A stretch of 64,000 nt of DNA, from the NCBI GenBank assembly GCA_030390025.1, contig JASTWF010000348.1, forward strand, positions 434,001 to 498,000, in the 5' to 3' direction. A model generated the notes under the pieces. It made no database searches. It saw only the letters and a program-made list of their open reading frames with translations, and was not told the origin of the DNA. This DNA is from Squalus acanthias. Its lineage: Eukaryota. Below, piece after piece: positions 61,801 through 64,000 of the stretch. Numbering within the stretch: position 1 is the stretch's first letter; every line of letters begins with the position of its first letter. Made by a program: the position numbers and the translations under genes.

Positions 61801-64000
61801 TGACCAATCCCAGGACACTAACTGACCAATCCCAGGACACTAACTGACCAGTCCCAGAACACTAACTGACCAATCCCAGGACACTAACTGACCAATCCCA
61901 GGACACTAACTGACCAATCCCAGGACACTAACTGACCAATCCCAGAACACTAACTGACCAATCCCAGGACACTAACTGACCAATCCCAGGACAGTAACTG
62001 ACCAATCCCAGGACACTAACTGACCAATCCCCAGAGCACTGACCAATCCCAGGACACTAACTGACCAATCCCAGGACACTAACTGACCAATCCCAGGACA
62101 CTAACTGACCAATCCCCAGAGCACTGACCAATCCCAGGACACTAACTGACCAATCCCAGGACACTAACTGACCAATCCCAGGACACTAACTGACCAATCC
62201 CCAGAGCACTGACCAATCCCAGGACACTAACTGACCAATCCCAGGACACTAACTGACCAATCCCAGGACACTAACTGACCAATCCCTGGGGCACTGACCA
62301 ACCCAGGACACTAACTGACCAACCCCAGGACACTAACTGACCAATCCCAGGACACTAACTGACCAATCCCCAGGACACTAACTGACCAATCCCAGGACAC
62401 TAACTGACCAATCCCCAGGACACGAACTGACCAATCCCAGGACACTAACTGACCAACCCCAGGACACTAACTGACCAATCCCAGGACACTAACTGACCAA
62501 TCCCAGGACATTAACTGACCAATCCCAGGACACTAACTGACCAATCCCAGGACACTAACTGACCAGTCCCAAGACACTAACTGACCAATCCCAGGACACT
62601 AACTGACCAATCCCCAGGACACTAACTGACCAATCCCAGGACACTAACTAACCAATCCCCAGGACACTAACTGACCAATCCCAGGACACTAACTGACCAA
62701 TCCCCAGGACACTAACTGACCAATCCCAGGACACTAACTGACCAATCCCAGGACACTAACTGACCAGTCCCAGAACACTAACTGACCAATCCCAGGACAC
62801 TAACTGACCAATCCCAGGACACTAACTGACCAATCCCAGGACACTAACTGACCAATCCCAGAACACTAACTGACCAATCCCAGGACACTAACTGACCAAT
62901 CCCAGGACAGTAACTGACCAATCCCAGGACACTAACTGACCAATCCCCAGAGCACTGACCAATCCCAGGACACTAACTGACCAATCCCAGGACACTAACT
63001 GACCAATCCCAGGACACTAACTGACCAATCCCCAGAGCACTGACCAATCCCAGGACACTAACTGACCAATCCCAGGACACTAACTGACCAATCCCCAGAG
63101 CACTGACCAATCCCAGGACACTAACTGACCAATCCCAGGACACTAACTGACCAATCCCCAGAGCACTGACCAATCCCAGGACACTAACTGACCAATCCCA
63201 GGACACTAACTGACCAATCCCAGGACACTAACTGACCAATCCCTGGGGCACTGACCAACCCCAGGACACTAACTGACCAACCCAGGACACTAACTGACCA
63301 ATCCCAGGACACTAACTGACCAATCCCCAGGACACTAACTGACCAATCCCAGGACACTAACTGACCAATCCCCAGGACACGAACTGACCAATCCCAGGAC
63401 TCTAACTGACCAATCCCAGTACACTAACTGACCAATCCCCAGGACACTAACTGACCAATCCCAGGACACTAACTGACCAATCCCAGGACACTAACTGACC
63501 AATCCCAGGACACTAACTGACCAATCCCCAGGGCACTAACTGACCAATCCCAGGACACTAACTGACCAATCCCAGGACACTAACTGACCAATCCCAGGAC
63601 ACTAACTGACCAATCCCAGGACACTAACTGACCAATCCCAGGACACTAACTGACCAATCCCAGGACACTAACTGACCAATCCCAGTACACTAACTGACCA
63701 ATCCCAGGACACTAACTGACCAATCCCCGGGGCACTGACCAGTCCCAGGACACTAACTGACCAATCCCTGGACACTAACTGACCAATCCCAGGACACTAA
63801 CTGACCAATCCCAGGACACTAACTGACCAACCCCAGGACACTAACTGACCAACCCCAGGACACTAACTGACCAATCCCAGGACACTAACTGACCAATCCC
63901 AGGACACTAACTGACCAATCCCAGGACACTAACTGACCAATCCCCAGGACACTAACTGACCAATCCCAGGACACTAACTGACCAATCCCAGGACACTAAC
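52803..64000. repeat. 22-bp tandem satellite (~480 copies from 53393; degenerate units 52803-52955; continues right of window)
   Basis: Unit TCCCAGGACACTAACTGACCAA, with recurrent 19-bp (CCCCAGAGCACTGACCAAT) and 23-bp variants. Confidence 0.98.
52956..53392 (-). mobile_element. Internally deleted CR1 fragment inside the edge of the 22-bp satellite
   Basis: RSCLTNLIEFFEEVT...DVVYMDFSKAFDKVPH...SGVSQGSVLGPLL joined at ~53090 directly to the ORF2 end, 3' UTR and TTCTATG tail. Confidence 0.88.

Noticed and set aside
54765..63206. MSWDWSVSVLG... ORFs
   Set aside because: Translations of the 22-bp satellite.

Overview
Eukaryotic, gene-free, repeat-dominated window. About 77% is tandem repeat. The TE content (a tRNA-headed Deu-domain SINE, CR1 LINEs, L2, RTE, a Penelope-like element and hairpin-rich TIR MITEs) points to a vertebrate, most likely a cartilaginous fish (inference). 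Layout: (1) a 42/43-bp satellite (1-9380) whose degenerate edge is interrupted by a ~760-bp MITE, itself carrying a nearly intact Penelope-like retroelement (RT + GIY-YIG, one nonsense codon, 3' hammerhead-like motif); (2) a nest of CR1 fragments with two inverted copies of a second MITE (14.1-18.4 kb); (3) a 37-bp minisatellite expanded from inside an L2 LINE (18.55-20.8 kb); (4) a 25-kb 32-bp satellite (21.6-47.0 kb); (5) a 68/69-bp minisatellite; (6) a SINE/CR1/L2/RTE cluster (48.2-52.4 kb); (7) a 22-bp satellite running off the window end. I see no host protein-coding gene, rRNA, tRNA gene or CRISPR array, and no clearly new enzymatic system. The most interesting signals concern how satellites arise: direct evidence of a minisatellite born from L2 coding sequence, and multi-nucleotide satellite variants that restore or switch hairpins. 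All counts and alignments were done by eye.
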